Shown in pieces: positions 54,888 to 64,000 of a stretch of DNA of 64,000 nt; the first letter of the stretch is position 1, and every line of letters starts with the position of its first letter. Made by a program: the position numbers and the translations under genes. The DNA is from a virus: IMG/VR virus record IMGVR_UViG_3300035660_000001, positions 32,001-96,000 of that record; one strand, 5' to 3'. Below the pieces are notes generated by a model. That model did not search any database and was not told the DNA's origin. It saw only the letters and a list, made by a program, of their open reading frames with translations.

Positions 54888-57800
54888 AACTGGCTTTATT
54901 GAGAGCATCCAGGATGTTGTAGCTCTCATTGAGCAAGCCGAGGTAGCGAACCTCAGCGCCCTTCTCGGCGCATCCATCAAGACCTACGGCGTGGCGATCA
55001 CGTCGTATGATACTTCGGGGGCCCCCTATTCCGACCTGCAGGTGGTCGATGTCGGACCGTGGTCGTCCTACACGCTCAGGCCCGGTTACGCCCTCACCCA
55101 GAATGGGAACGTGATCTGCGTTCCCTCTGGCGGGATCCCCGGAAATTCTTATCCTGTGGTGGACGGGACGTGGATCATCGCACTGCGTTACAAGGTCTAC
55201 AATAACCCTGCCGAGGATGTAACCTACGACGAGACCTACAGCCCGGATGGCCACACCTACAATCACAACAGTTATGAGATTGTCGTGGCCGCATCGTTCG
55301 GCCCGTCCGATACCGATGTCATCCAGCTTGCCGAAGTTCATGTCACAGGTGGAGTACCTGATGCGCTGACGGATGTTCGCTATCGGAATGTTCTCGTTTT
55401 CAAGGAGGGGACGGCTCGAGGATTATTTAAGCCACCAAAGCCTCTCCATGTATCCGTTCCGGAGACTGGGCTTGACCGAGATCTTCCTCCGGACAAACTT
55501 GATCAGCCGGGAACGAACCGGAACGTGGGGCCCCATGCTTACCTTCGTGTGGTGTGGGGTGACAAGGGCGTTGGAAACTGGTCTGGAAATACGTTCACGG
55601 TTACCACGAGCCGATGCGGAAGCTATAACTCTAACGAGTGGGCGGCCTCTGGACAGGCCGATGCTTGGTATCTCTACGACATATCCGCAAAAACCTACTT
55701 CAAAATCATTTCCAACGGTGCATCGGCGGTGACCGTCGAAGGGACTGGCGGGACCGGGTCGGGACCCTTTCTGATTTTGCCGAAGGACTGCCAGATGAAG
55801 GTCTACGTCACTCCCTACACACGTCTTGGAGTGGTTACGGTTGACGAGCTTACAGAGGTTTTTGAAAACCCGTCCTTCGTTTCGGTTCCTTCCCCGGAGA
55901 TGCCTGTCAACGGTTACCCCCCGTCGCAGACGGTTATCGTTGCCAACGAGCGTTATATTCGGGGGCTTTTGACCGGAACCAAGTATCGGGTCTACGTCAT
56001 CGCCACGAAGTTCAACGTCTCGAGCGATATTTCAACCGTCGTTGACAAGACCACGGCCAGCGACGGCCCCCCTCTCCCGAAGGGTCTTGTCATCACGACC
56101 GGGATCGACGAGGACCAGAAACAGCCGGAAATCGAATTTCCGATGTGCTCCCAGTCTAGGCAGATCCCGAAGACGGCCTGGATTAAGCTCAAGTGGGGAG
56201 ATACCGGAAGCGGTTCGTGGGCTCTCAATGTTTTAACAGATGTGGGAAAGTCGTGGCTGTCGGGCTACTGGATTGGTCAGCTGATAACCGATTCCATCGG
56301 GAAAAGACAATCTTTAGTCGACAGTGGAGTTTCCACCCTAGTTGTCCCGTCTGGATCAACGGGAGCGGATGGGTCTTATGCCGTGGGTCCCGGGGCCCTC
56401 GGCTATGAGGTTCAGCTCCAACCTATGAGTTCGGGGGGCGTTTCCGGGGTGGACGAAGAGGAAGAGCTCTTCCGGATAGATCCGGCTGGCGATCCTGCGG
56501 ATGCGGCCAAGTGGACGCCGATGTATTATACCAAGCACGGGCTGACCGTAGGAGTTAAGTACCGAGCTCGTGTCCGATCATCCAATGGGCCTTCCCCGGC
56601 ACAGAAGAGCGCCTGGTCTTCGTGGTTTCCTATCATCGCCGGAGCCAGAACTAGACTGCCCGCCCCAACAGGCGGCTACATGATCAAGAGGGTTGGAGGC
56701 GTAGACCTGAGCTGGAACGGCGTGGTGAATGCGAAGGGCTACGAGATAGCGTGGACGAAGGACGGGTCAACGCCGGATTACAACTCGGCCAACTCGTTCA
56801 TCCTGCATACGATCGGCACGAGGGTTTGGTTGGGGGCCGATCTCGCACAGATCTCTGGGGTGTCGCCCATCCCGCCAACGTTCAAGGCGATAATCAGGGC
56901 TTTCGATACCGGAGGGCAGGCCGGGGACGCAACAGCCGTCATTACCCTGCAGGCCGATCCCCTCACGATGGATCACGTTGCCGATGGTGCGATTTATACG
57001 AAGCTGAAGGCTGAGGTGGTCGCATCACTTGAGACAACGCAGGTGGCGGCCGCTGAGGTTGTGAGCGCCCGGGGGACGTTCTCCTCGATCGGGGAACGCC
57101 TGTCTGCCGCCGCCGCTCAGGGCGGGTTTGCCCCGGGGTTTACGAGGATCGTGGCGAAGGAAGGAGCCCAGTTCTCCGACCCGCAAGCGGCGATCAACGA
57201 CATCAAGTCTGCCGGGATCCCAGCCTCTAGGGATAACCCCTATGTCGTCATCGTGTATCCCGGCATCTACCAGACCAACCTTCTTCTCGAGAACCTCGAT
57301 GGAATTTACGTCGTGGGTCTCGATCCCAAGACGACGGTCATTAAGGGGGACATCACCGTTCTCCGGACCGCCTGTCTGCCATCCGGCCAGGTCTACACGC
57401 CGGAGGTCGGCCTCATGAACCTGCAAGTCTACAACATCAACTCGTCTTATGGACTCGACTACGAGGTAAGCTACCAGGAGGGGTCGATCTACCCAACGAA
57501 GCAGAGCCTGTATATCCGGAACGTCGACGTCTACCAGACGGATTCCGTCTACGAAGCCATGCTGGTCTACTGCTCGGGCGGGACGGCTGGCATACCGGAA
57601 ATTCTCGCGGACATCGATGCCGGGTATCTGAGGCTGTATCCCTACAACAACAACCCCCTGCGGATCATCTACTTCCCGGACGCCACGGCTCCCAACAAGT
57701 TCTGGTGGTATAACTGCGAGTTCGATCCGGTGCTTCTCTCGGATACCGGGTCCTGGGACGGGATCGTGTGGGACGCCCTCACGGACATCGATCTTGGAGC

Positions 57801-58029
57801 GAATGCCTACGAGAAACAATGGTTCTACCGGAGTAAGATTCGGTGCTATCCCCCGGGGGCTTACGGGCCGTCCTACCCATTCAGGAATCTGGGGGCCGCC
57901 ACGCAGTGGGTGAGGGTAACTCAGTGTGTGTTCGAGAAGACCAATTACTACGATGGGCTCTTCGCCTTTAGCGGAGGATCAACCATTATCACGCTTCCGG
58001 GAAGCGTTGCCCTTACGATGGCCACATGA
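54868..58029 (+). CDS. Large tail/baseplate protein (Fn3-like domains plus beta-helix-like C-terminus)
   Basis: DVRY, GLLTGTKY, KYRARVRS, LSWNGV..A.GYEI; VAKEGAQF.DPQAAI...VYPGIY. Confidence 0.65.
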   Translation: MEKATYKTGFIESIQDVVALIEQAEVANLSALLGASIKTYGVAITSYDTSGAPYSDLQVVDVGPWSSYTLRPGYALTQNGNVICVPSGGIPGNSYPVVDGTWIIALRYKVYNNPAEDVTYDETYSPDGHTYNHNSYEIVVAASFGPSDTDVIQLAEVHVTGGVPDALTDVRYRNVLVFKEGTARGLFKPPKPLHVSVPETGLDRDLPPDKLDQPGTNRNVGPHAYLRVVWGDKGVGNWSGNTFTVTTSRCGSYNSNEWAASGQADAWYLYDISAKTYFKIISNGASAVTVEGTGGTGSGPFLILPKDCQMKVYVTPYTRLGVVTVDELTEVFENPSFVSVPSPEMPVNGYPPSQTVIVANERYIRGLLTGTKYRVYVIATKFNVSSDISTVVDKTTASDGPPLPKGLVITTGIDEDQKQPEIEFPMCSQSRQIPKTAWIKLKWGDTGSGSWALNVLTDVGKSWLSGYWIGQLITDSIGKRQSLVDSGVSTLVVPSGSTGADGSYAVGPGALGYEVQLQPMSSGGVSGVDEEEELFRIDPAGDPADAAKWTPMYYTKHGLTVGVKYRARVRSSNGPSPAQKSAWSSWFPIIAGARTRLPAPTGGYMIKRVGGVDLSWNGVVNAKGYEIAWTKDGSTPDYNSANSFILHTIGTRVWLGADLAQISGVSPIPPTFKAIIRAFDTGGQAGDATAVITLQADPLTMDHVADGAIYTKLKAEVVASLETTQVAAAEVVSARGTFSSIGERLSAAAAQGGFAPGFTRIVAKEGAQFSDPQAAINDIKSAGIPASRDNPYVVIVYPGIYQTNLLLENLDGIYVVGLDPKTTVIKGDITVLRTACLPSGQVYTPEVGLMNLQVYNINSSYGLDYEVSYQEGSIYPTKQSLYIRNVDVYQTDSVYEAMLVYCSGGTAGIPEILADIDAGYLRLYPYNNNPLRIIYFPDATAPNKFWWYNCEFDPVLLSDTGSWDGIVWDALTDIDLGANAYEKQWFYRSKIRCYPPGAYGPSYPFRNLGAATQWVRVTQCVFEKTNYYDGLFAFSGGSTIITLPGSVALTMAT

Positions 58030-58625
58030 TAGACCTGAAGAACTTTAAGCTGACATCGAATCATGCCGTTATCGCCCTGGTCTTGACGATAATCGTCCTG
58101 TTGCTTGCAAGGGGAGGCAACGGCCCGCAGGTCGTGACCGTCGGTCCGGATTCGACATCGGCGGGGAAGATCGACAGCCTCACTAAGACCATCCAGATTT
58201 TAAGCGATAGGGTAATCGCCCTTTCGAACAATGGGACACAGGTGATCATCCAGAAGCCGCCCGAGGCGCACGTTACGATCATCCCCGGGAAGCCGGAGAC
58301 GACTTGGGTCTACAATTCGACCACCAAGGGGACGACTATGGTGGTCATCCAGAAGCCCCCGGACATCCAGATTCAACAGAGGGGATGGTGTCTTATCCCG
58401 GAGGTCTATGGAGGTTTCGACACGAGGGCAAAGTACCGGATCGGTGGGCGTCTTAAGTTCATGTTCAACCGGAAGTGGAACTGGGGAGTGGTCGGGACTC
58501 AGAGTTATTCCGGAATTGCCCCGGCCTACCACTTGACTCCCAACGTTGAAGCTACTTTTGGTGTTGGCTGGCTCTACAAGGGGCCGCCATGCGCCTTTGG
58601 CGGGGTTTCTATTCCACTACGATAG
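58026..58625 (+). CDS. Membrane-anchored protein
   Basis: N-terminal TM helix; beta-rich C-terminus. Confidence 0.5.
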   Translation: MIDLKNFKLTSNHAVIALVLTIIVLLLARGGNGPQVVTVGPDSTSAGKIDSLTKTIQILSDRVIALSNNGTQVIIQKPPEAHVTIIPGKPETTWVYNSTTKGTTMVVIQKPPDIQIQQRGWCLIPEVYGGFDTRAKYRIGGRLKFMFNRKWNWGVVGTQSYSGIAPAYHLTPNVEATFGVGWLYKGPPCAFGGVSIPLR

Positions 58626-58638
58626 GAGGTGAGAGAGA

Positions 58639-58947
58639 ATGAACGGATGGGATGCACAGCTGTTGCTGATCACGGGGGTTTGCTTAGGGGTTCTTCCGAT
58701 CCTGAAGAACCTTCCCTACATCGGAAAGTTTATCACCGGCCAGGTGGCCGTGATAGCCGATGTCGTTGTGGGGGTCGGGGCCGCCGCAGTCAGAGCCTAT
58801 TACTTCATGGACCCGTTCTACGGGGTGCCGCCGAAGATGTGGCTCATCGTGGCGGTCGGTTTGATCGGCGGGTTCCTGGCGTCCGGAGGTTACAAGACGA
58901 TCAGTGATCTGTTGGCGAAGGCAAACTCGAACAACGGCAAGAAGTAA
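58639..58947 (+). CDS. Holin-like 3-TM protein
   Basis: Three hydrophobic helices, GFLASGGY, charged tail. Confidence 0.6.
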   Translation: MNGWDAQLLLITGVCLGVLPILKNLPYIGKFITGQVAVIADVVVGVGAAAVRAYYFMDPFYGVPPKMWLIVAVGLIGGFLASGGYKTISDLLAKANSNNGKK

Positions 58948-58972
58948 CTTTCACTAGGAGGAGATCAGGTCG

Positions 58973-59743
58973 ATGCCTGGGTTTGGTCAGGATAGATTTG
59001 GGGAGGACCCGTTCGGTCGGGCGGCCTTTGGCTTTCCGGCCCTGTGGGGCGGAGTACCCGGAATCTATAGGGACAAAGACGACGATCGGGGAGGTGTTCT
59101 CAAGGACTTTTTCGATGTAGCCGCAACCCCCCTCGAGCGTCTCAAGGTGGCCGCCGATGGTTTCATGAGCCTTCGCGACCCCATGTCTGTCCGACCTGAT
59201 CTCCTCCACTACTTAGCCGAGATGTTCGCCATCGACGTAGACGTCCGCTGGTCAGACGATTTTCTCCGGGCGTTTCTGGACTCCTACGGCTACTGGACTC
59301 TCCGCAAGGGAGAGATATGGTGCTACGACTTCGTTCTGCGGATGACCGGGATGGACATCACAGTCAAAGACCTTTACGAGATTCAGGTCCAGCGGGGCGA
59401 TCCGGCGTCCTACTACCTTCTGCGGGCGGGCTACGAGGCGGTGGCCGGAGTGAATGAGGGGTTCGATGAGTGGATCATCTACTTTGCGGGATCTGGAAAC
59501 TGGGTTCCGAAAGAGGAGATTCCCATCGACCGTGAAGGCGTTCCCTTAAGCAAGGTTCAGGTCAACATTACGGAGAGCAATTCTCGGAAGAGAGCAGAGT
59601 GGAGTGCGGGAGATTTCAAGATGCTGAGACGTTTGGTCGGATGGATTCATCCTGCCCACGTATCGATCCCCCGGGTCCGGGTAACCTACGAGATTAACGA
59701 CCGTCTTTCGGCGTCCGATACCGTCAGCGCAATTCCATCATAA
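58973..59743 (+). CDS. Baseplate/tail protein I-like
   Basis: FG...FG.DPFG, LRDP....DLL.YLA, RKG, PAHV. Confidence 0.7.
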   Translation: MPGFGQDRFGEDPFGRAAFGFPALWGGVPGIYRDKDDDRGGVLKDFFDVAATPLERLKVAADGFMSLRDPMSVRPDLLHYLAEMFAIDVDVRWSDDFLRAFLDSYGYWTLRKGEIWCYDFVLRMTGMDITVKDLYEIQVQRGDPASYYLLRAGYEAVAGVNEGFDEWIIYFAGSGNWVPKEEIPIDREGVPLSKVQVNITESNSRKRAEWSAGDFKMLRRLVGWIHPAHVSIPRVRVTYEINDRLSASDTVSAIPS

Positions 59744-59755
59744 GGAGAAGGCATC

Positions 59756-60241
59756 ATGGAAGATTATTTGAATATGCGGGGGACTGTGGAGGTCGTTGCC
59801 CGGGAGAGTAACGGCGATGAAGTGTGGCGACGTATCTTTGAGAATACGATCGTGGACGTGCTCCGGACGCTCGTCCGCAGGCGTCTCGGGGACGGAACCC
59901 TCGGGGTGTTGCCTGTGATCAAGTATATCCGGTTTGGAAGCGATACCAGCGGCTTGGGGGTTGGCAATGTTGCTCTCGCCGGAGACTACGGGGTGAACCG
60001 GGCCGTGAACGCGCCGACGTATCCGAGCGGGACGCAGATTCAGCTTACTTACACCATCCCTCTCGTGGACGTTCTGAACGGAAAGTCTATCGGAGAGGCC
60101 GGGCTCTTCAGCGATACCGTCGTTGCGGATCCCGACTTTGGGTTGTCGGGGCAGAGATTGTTTGCCCGCGCCGTGTTCGTTCCTCCTCCCGCCAAGTCGG
60201 GGGCCATCACGCTCGAATACATCTGGACTCTCACGCTATAG
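59756..60241 (+). CDS. Tail fibre attachment/collar protein
   Basis: NTIV, I.FG, NG..I.EAGLF, LFAR.VF, K......L.Y.W. Confidence 0.65.
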   Translation: MEDYLNMRGTVEVVARESNGDEVWRRIFENTIVDVLRTLVRRRLGDGTLGVLPVIKYIRFGSDTSGLGVGNVALAGDYGVNRAVNAPTYPSGTQIQLTYTIPLVDVLNGKSIGEAGLFSDTVVADPDFGLSGQRLFARAVFVPPPAKSGAITLEYIWTLTL

Positions 60242-60250
60242 GAGATCACT

Positions 60251-62149
60251 ATGTCTGATAAATCGGTTCTCGAGAAGGGGAGTTTAGACTTCTTCGATTC
60301 TGCTCTTATGGCTCTCTACTGGATGATGAACGGGGAGCCTCTTGTGGCGTGGGACGGCACTGTGGAGGGGGTCGAAGCAGACGTCTTGAATCGGGTCGGG
60401 CGCCATATCAGCGACAATTCCCGCTGGCTCCGGCAGAGGCTGTTGTCGGAGATGCAGGTCAAGGTTTTCCCGCACTACTCGAAGTGCGTTAAGACCGATG
60501 CAAATGGATCGTATAATATCTCCATGAAGTGGTCGTCTGTTCGGATCAACGCTCAAGACCTGAGAGCAGAATATGGATTTGGAGAGGCGATCGCCATCAA
60601 CGGCAAGATCTGCCGGATCGAACATATCTGGGGGACGGGGTCTTACAATCCTCTTCCCGTCGATGGTCATCCCACGACGCTGTGGGTGAGTGGTTACGAG
60701 GCCATAATCCCCTCGGGATCCAGGGTCGAGTCCGGCCCGATCGTAGAGAGCGCGATGGTCTATATCCCTCCGTTCACCATTCCTTCGGGGTCATTGATCA
60801 GCGGGTCGCCGTGCTACCCGTCTCAAGACCTGAACTTGGGCGGGTTCTGGATGGACGCCTTCGAAGCAAGCATGCCGAATGCTTCTCTGTGGAGTTCTCC
60901 TGCCCTGTCCAACATCGCCGTTCCCGCCTCACAGCAGGGTGTCCCGCCGTGGTGCAATGTCAGTTACGATGCCGCCCTGCAAACTGCCGCAAGAAGAAAC
61001 ATCAACGGGCGGTTCGGCCACCTCATGAACGGCTACGAGTGGGCGACGATCCTGTGGCTCAATCTTATCTTTGGGGCCGACCAGAAGGGGTCGAATTACT
61101 ACGGCAGGGATTTTGGGGATGCGGCCGTGCCGGACAGTTACGGGATCCCCGACCCGACCTACGGGTCGAATCTCGGCCTCGAGTTCTCCGGGGGGAGTTA
61201 CCGGATGAACCGGCTTCTTACCGGGTCCGGCCCGAACAGGTGGATGCACAACAACCGGATCCCGGGAGTCTCCGACTTCTTCGGAAATGTGCGGGAGCTT
61301 CTCGATCTCACGATTAGCTCTTCCCTTCTGACGGTCTATCGTCACGGTCGGTTCGTCGCTCCGGCATCCGCAGGAGGCACGGCGGTTTCGGTGCGGATCG
61401 ATTACATCGACGGCCTGCAGGATACTGGGAGCATCACCCTCACGAATGCCGCTGGAGCCACGGAGAACGTTGCCTTCTCCGACACCGAGAACCTGGGGAG
61501 CAAGGTCTTCCGGTTTACGACTCCTCCCCTGACCCTGAACTATGCCGCAGGAGACTTCGCGCTCATTGCCGAGACCTTCCTGTGCATGCCAAGCGGATCC
61601 CGGGGGCTTCTCTACCAGGACGACATGCACGAGCCCGTCGACGGGGACGTCATCCGGGTGAATAACGTCATCTCGAATAGGCCAGCCGGGCAGGAGTTCC
61701 TCACGGGAGATATCCTGCAGATCGGAAACGAAGAGATGCTGGTGACTGCGCCATCCGGAACGGGAGGCGGAACTTGGTTGCTCTACGTCGAGCGAGCCTA
61801 CAACGGGACGACCGGAACTACTCATGCGATCGGTACGCCCGTCGTGGCCATCTGTCCGCAAATGACCAACCATCCGCTCACGAGCCCTCCCTATGTCGGC
61901 GGGACGATCGCATCCTTCATGACCGACGTTTTCCTTCAGGGGCTTCTCATCCCGACTATGGCCTCATCCACGGAGAAGGATATCTTTATCGCCCCGGCAG
62001 GATCCCGTGTGGCCATCCGGGGGATCAAGTGGAGCGACGGCGCCGGGCGATCGCCCTACTACCTGTCGTTTACAAAGGGGTTCGCCGATGCCCCGGGTCT
62101 GGATGTCGGCTTCCGGGTCTGCATTGACGAGGTGATGCCTAATGCCTGA
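60251..62149 (+). CDS. Mtd-like (C-type lectin/FGE-fold) receptor-binding protein
   Basis: FWMDAFEAS, PW.NVS, HLMN..EW, LTGSGP..W.HN, GVSD..GNV.E, RG..W.DG, VGFR. Confidence 0.75.
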   Translation: MSDKSVLEKGSLDFFDSALMALYWMMNGEPLVAWDGTVEGVEADVLNRVGRHISDNSRWLRQRLLSEMQVKVFPHYSKCVKTDANGSYNISMKWSSVRINAQDLRAEYGFGEAIAINGKICRIEHIWGTGSYNPLPVDGHPTTLWVSGYEAIIPSGSRVESGPIVESAMVYIPPFTIPSGSLISGSPCYPSQDLNLGGFWMDAFEASMPNASLWSSPALSNIAVPASQQGVPPWCNVSYDAALQTAARRNINGRFGHLMNGYEWATILWLNLIFGADQKGSNYYGRDFGDAAVPDSYGIPDPTYGSNLGLEFSGGSYRMNRLLTGSGPNRWMHNNRIPGVSDFFGNVRELLDLTISSSLLTVYRHGRFVAPASAGGTAVSVRIDYIDGLQDTGSITLTNAAGATENVAFSDTENLGSKVFRFTTPPLTLNYAAGDFALIAETFLCMPSGSRGLLYQDDMHEPVDGDVIRVNNVISNRPAGQEFLTGDILQIGNEEMLVTAPSGTGGGTWLLYVERAYNGTTGTTHAIGTPVVAICPQMTNHPLTSPPYVGGTIASFMTDVFLQGLLIPTMASSTEKDIFIAPAGSRVAIRGIKWSDGAGRSPYYLSFTKGFADAPGLDVGFRVCIDEVMPNA

Positions 62150-62822
62150 TCTCGGAAGCATCGCTTCCTCTGCCTTCCAGGGTTACTTCCTTAAGCGAAG
62201 AAGGAAGCTGGCTTCGGTTTTCATTCTTGCCAAAGACCCTGGCGGGGCCACTCTGTCGTCCACTCGGGAACTCAACAGGAAGTTCTACAACAGCAGTCTC
62301 CTAACCCTTAAATTGCAGTTTTTCCCGGAGACCTTGACCGACGACGGCGGTGGAGTAACCTGGGCGAACATCGACGTTCCCTTTGCCCCCGTTCCGATCT
62401 ACCAGTGGACGGGAGGAGGCGAGCGGACGGTTTCCTTTACGGCGGTTCTCTACCGTGAAGTCTACCGTGAGAATACCGATCTCTCTCCGATGAAAGAGAG
62501 TAAGTATAACGTCGACATCAACGAACACATCAAGGTTCTCCGGTCGATGAAAACGGGGCGTTACGACACCAGTTCAAGTAACCAACCTTTGCAGGCTCCA
62601 CCTCTCCTGCTTCTTTACTTCCCCAAGACCCATCTCCGGATTCTCCCGAAGCAGGGGGCGGATATCCTGCCGTGCGTGATGACGAACTGCTCGATTGGCT
62701 ACAAGGCGTGGTTCGAGGACGGAACGCCGAGGCTGGCGTCCGTGGAGCTAACCTTTACGGAGATTTCGCAGTATTCCGGAACAGTTCTTTGGTTGGGAAG
62801 GGAAAAGTTTACAAACCGATAA
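62142..62822 (+). CDS. Tail tube initiator (CIS tube/gp48-like)
   Basis: FFPETL, W....VP, QWTGGGERT.SF, PP, F.DGTPR.A.V.LTF.E. Confidence 0.75.
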   Translation: MPDLGSIASSAFQGYFLKRRRKLASVFILAKDPGGATLSSTRELNRKFYNSSLLTLKLQFFPETLTDDGGGVTWANIDVPFAPVPIYQWTGGGERTVSFTAVLYREVYRENTDLSPMKESKYNVDINEHIKVLRSMKTGRYDTSSSNQPLQAPPLLLLYFPKTHLRILPKQGADILPCVMTNCSIGYKAWFEDGTPRLASVELTFTEISQYSGTVLWLGREKFTNR

Positions 62823-62838
62823 AGAAAGGGGATGCGAT

Positions 62839-63243
62839 ATGCGAAACGGCGTCAAGGCGTTGTCCTATGAGCTTGTTTCTAATGCTCTGATTTCAGCTGG
62901 GAGATATGATGATGGCGAAGCGAAGGACTTCCTCAAGGGCTATCACGAGACGATCTGGAGCGAGATCCTGCCCGTCGACGATGACATGATCGATCGTGCT
63001 CTTCGGGCGAGGCTCAAAAGCTCCTCTCGGGTGAAGGAGTTTTTCGTCCACATAGCGGCCTTGAAGATGGCGGGGCGAGGGGGACTTACACCAACCCAGT
63101 TTGCTCTTCACCTGGGGATCACGGTTCCCAAAGCCTCCACAATTCTGACGGAGCTGAAGCGGCGCGGCAAGCTCAAGTGCGTATCCTGCAGAGGGATGCG
63201 AATCTACACTCCAAAGAATGGGAATGGCAACGGGCATAAGTGA
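62839..63243 (+). CDS. Winged-HTH protein
   Basis: LTPTQFALHLGITVPKASTILTELKRRG. Confidence 0.6.
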   Translation: MRNGVKALSYELVSNALISAGRYDDGEAKDFLKGYHETIWSEILPVDDDMIDRALRARLKSSSRVKEFFVHIAALKMAGRGGLTPTQFALHLGITVPKASTILTELKRRGKLKCVSCRGMRIYTPKNGNGNGHK

Positions 63244-64000
63244 GTCCGACTAATCCTGGTGACATTCGTGGAGAACGGAAGAGTCCGGATGGCGTATCCA
63301 AATCTCTTCCGTCTTCCATCTTCTCCTGGCATTTAAATAACGAGATCTACGGCCAGGGACTCCCGGCGCCTGTCGGGGCATCCGGCTATTCCGGAACCGA
63401 CAAGCACATCAGCCCGAGGGATCACGTTCACGAGGGCGTTCACTCGATCGGGATCATCTCGCCCGTCGCGCCTCCTGCCCTGCACGGAGACGTTCGCTTC
63501 CAGGGTTACAGCGGGATCGACGTTGTCCAGAGCGGCCAGACGATCGCCATCAGTGGGGCGTCCGGTGGATCGGGGACATCGGGGGCCAGCGGGTATTCGG
63601 GGTTCAGTGGATACAGCGGGCCATCCGGGGCTTCAGGAGCTTCTGGGGCCTCGGGCCTGTCCGGGGCTTCAGGCGTGTCCGGGGAGAGCGGTTATTCGGG
63701 GGCCAGCGGGGCTTCAGGGGCTTCAGGAGCCTCTGGGACGTCCGGGACGTCCGGATACTCGGGTCAGTCGGGGTTCTCAGGCCAGAGTGGCCTTTCCGGG
63801 GCTTCTGGGGCATCCGGGACCTCGGGAGCTAGCGGTCAGAGCGGGTATAGCGGGTTTTCCGGGTTTTCAGGCCAAACGGGGGCTTCTGGGGCGTCCGGAG
63901 CCTCCGGGTCGAGCGGATCATCGGGTTACTCGGGACAATCGGGCTGGTCCGGCCTTTCCGGGGCTTCTGGGGCTACAGGAACGTCAGGCGCCTCCGGCCA
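63240..64000 (+). CDS. Second Gly-X-Ser collagen-like fibre protein (3' truncated; not in track)
   Basis: GTGA overlap; MSPTNPG...SPRDHVH...ISGASGGSGTSGASGYSGF..., open to window end. Confidence 0.8.
   Translation, partial: MSPTNPGDIRGERKSPDGVSKSLPSSIFSWHLNNEIYGQGLPAPVGASGYSGTDKHISPRDHVHEGVHSIGIISPVAPPALHGDVRFQGYSGIDVVQSGQTIAISGASGGSGTSGASGYSGFSGYSGPSGASGASGASGLSGASGVSGESGYSGASGASGASGASGTSGTSGYSGQSGFSGQSGLSGASGASGTSGASGQSGYSGFSGFSGQTGASGASGASGSSGSSGYSGQSGWSGLSGASGATGTSGASG

Noticed and set aside
28650-62822. Tailocin or eCIS locus
   Set aside because: Portal, protease, capsid and neck genes are present, so this is a phage.
1-64000. CRISPR array, tRNA, integrase, terminase, reverse transcriptase
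   Set aside because: None recognised by eye in this window; a tRNAscan or CRISPR scan was not possible.

Overview
The window is a GC-rich, all plus-strand morphogenesis region of a myovirus. It has a T4-like head module (portal, core proteins, prohead protease-scaffold, major capsid) and neck genes. Its contractile tail resembles extracellular contractile injection systems (sheath, two tube proteins, frameshifted chaperone, tape measure with lytic transglycosylase, hub, spike, gp25, baseplate J). Lysis genes are scattered. Two accessory systems stand out. (1) About 25 small, mutually unrelated ORFs at 12.5-26.3 kb, plus two at 3.2-3.9 kb, share an N-terminal amphipathic leader (M-x-x-L-L-x-[AS]-[VIL]..., or a second ...[LM]CGE type). 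The leader is usually followed by a hydrophobic-x-Ser motif, which also sits at the expected maturation site of the major capsid protein. This suggests a large capsid-targeted cargo set processed after Ser rather than the T4-type Glu. (2) An 11 kb island in the tail module is bracketed by two PurD-like ATP-grasp paralogues. It holds a proline-free Gly-X-Ser collagen-like fibre with about 250 Ser-Gly units, a DxD glycosyltransferase, a radical SAM-methyltransferase fusion and a variant UDP-xylose-synthase-like enzyme, which together look like a fibre glycosylation system. A second Gly-X-Ser protein starts at the window end. Also seen: several structured intergenic elements, an orphan response regulator and an Mtd-like receptor-binding protein. 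All calls come from reading motifs by eye; no database search was run.
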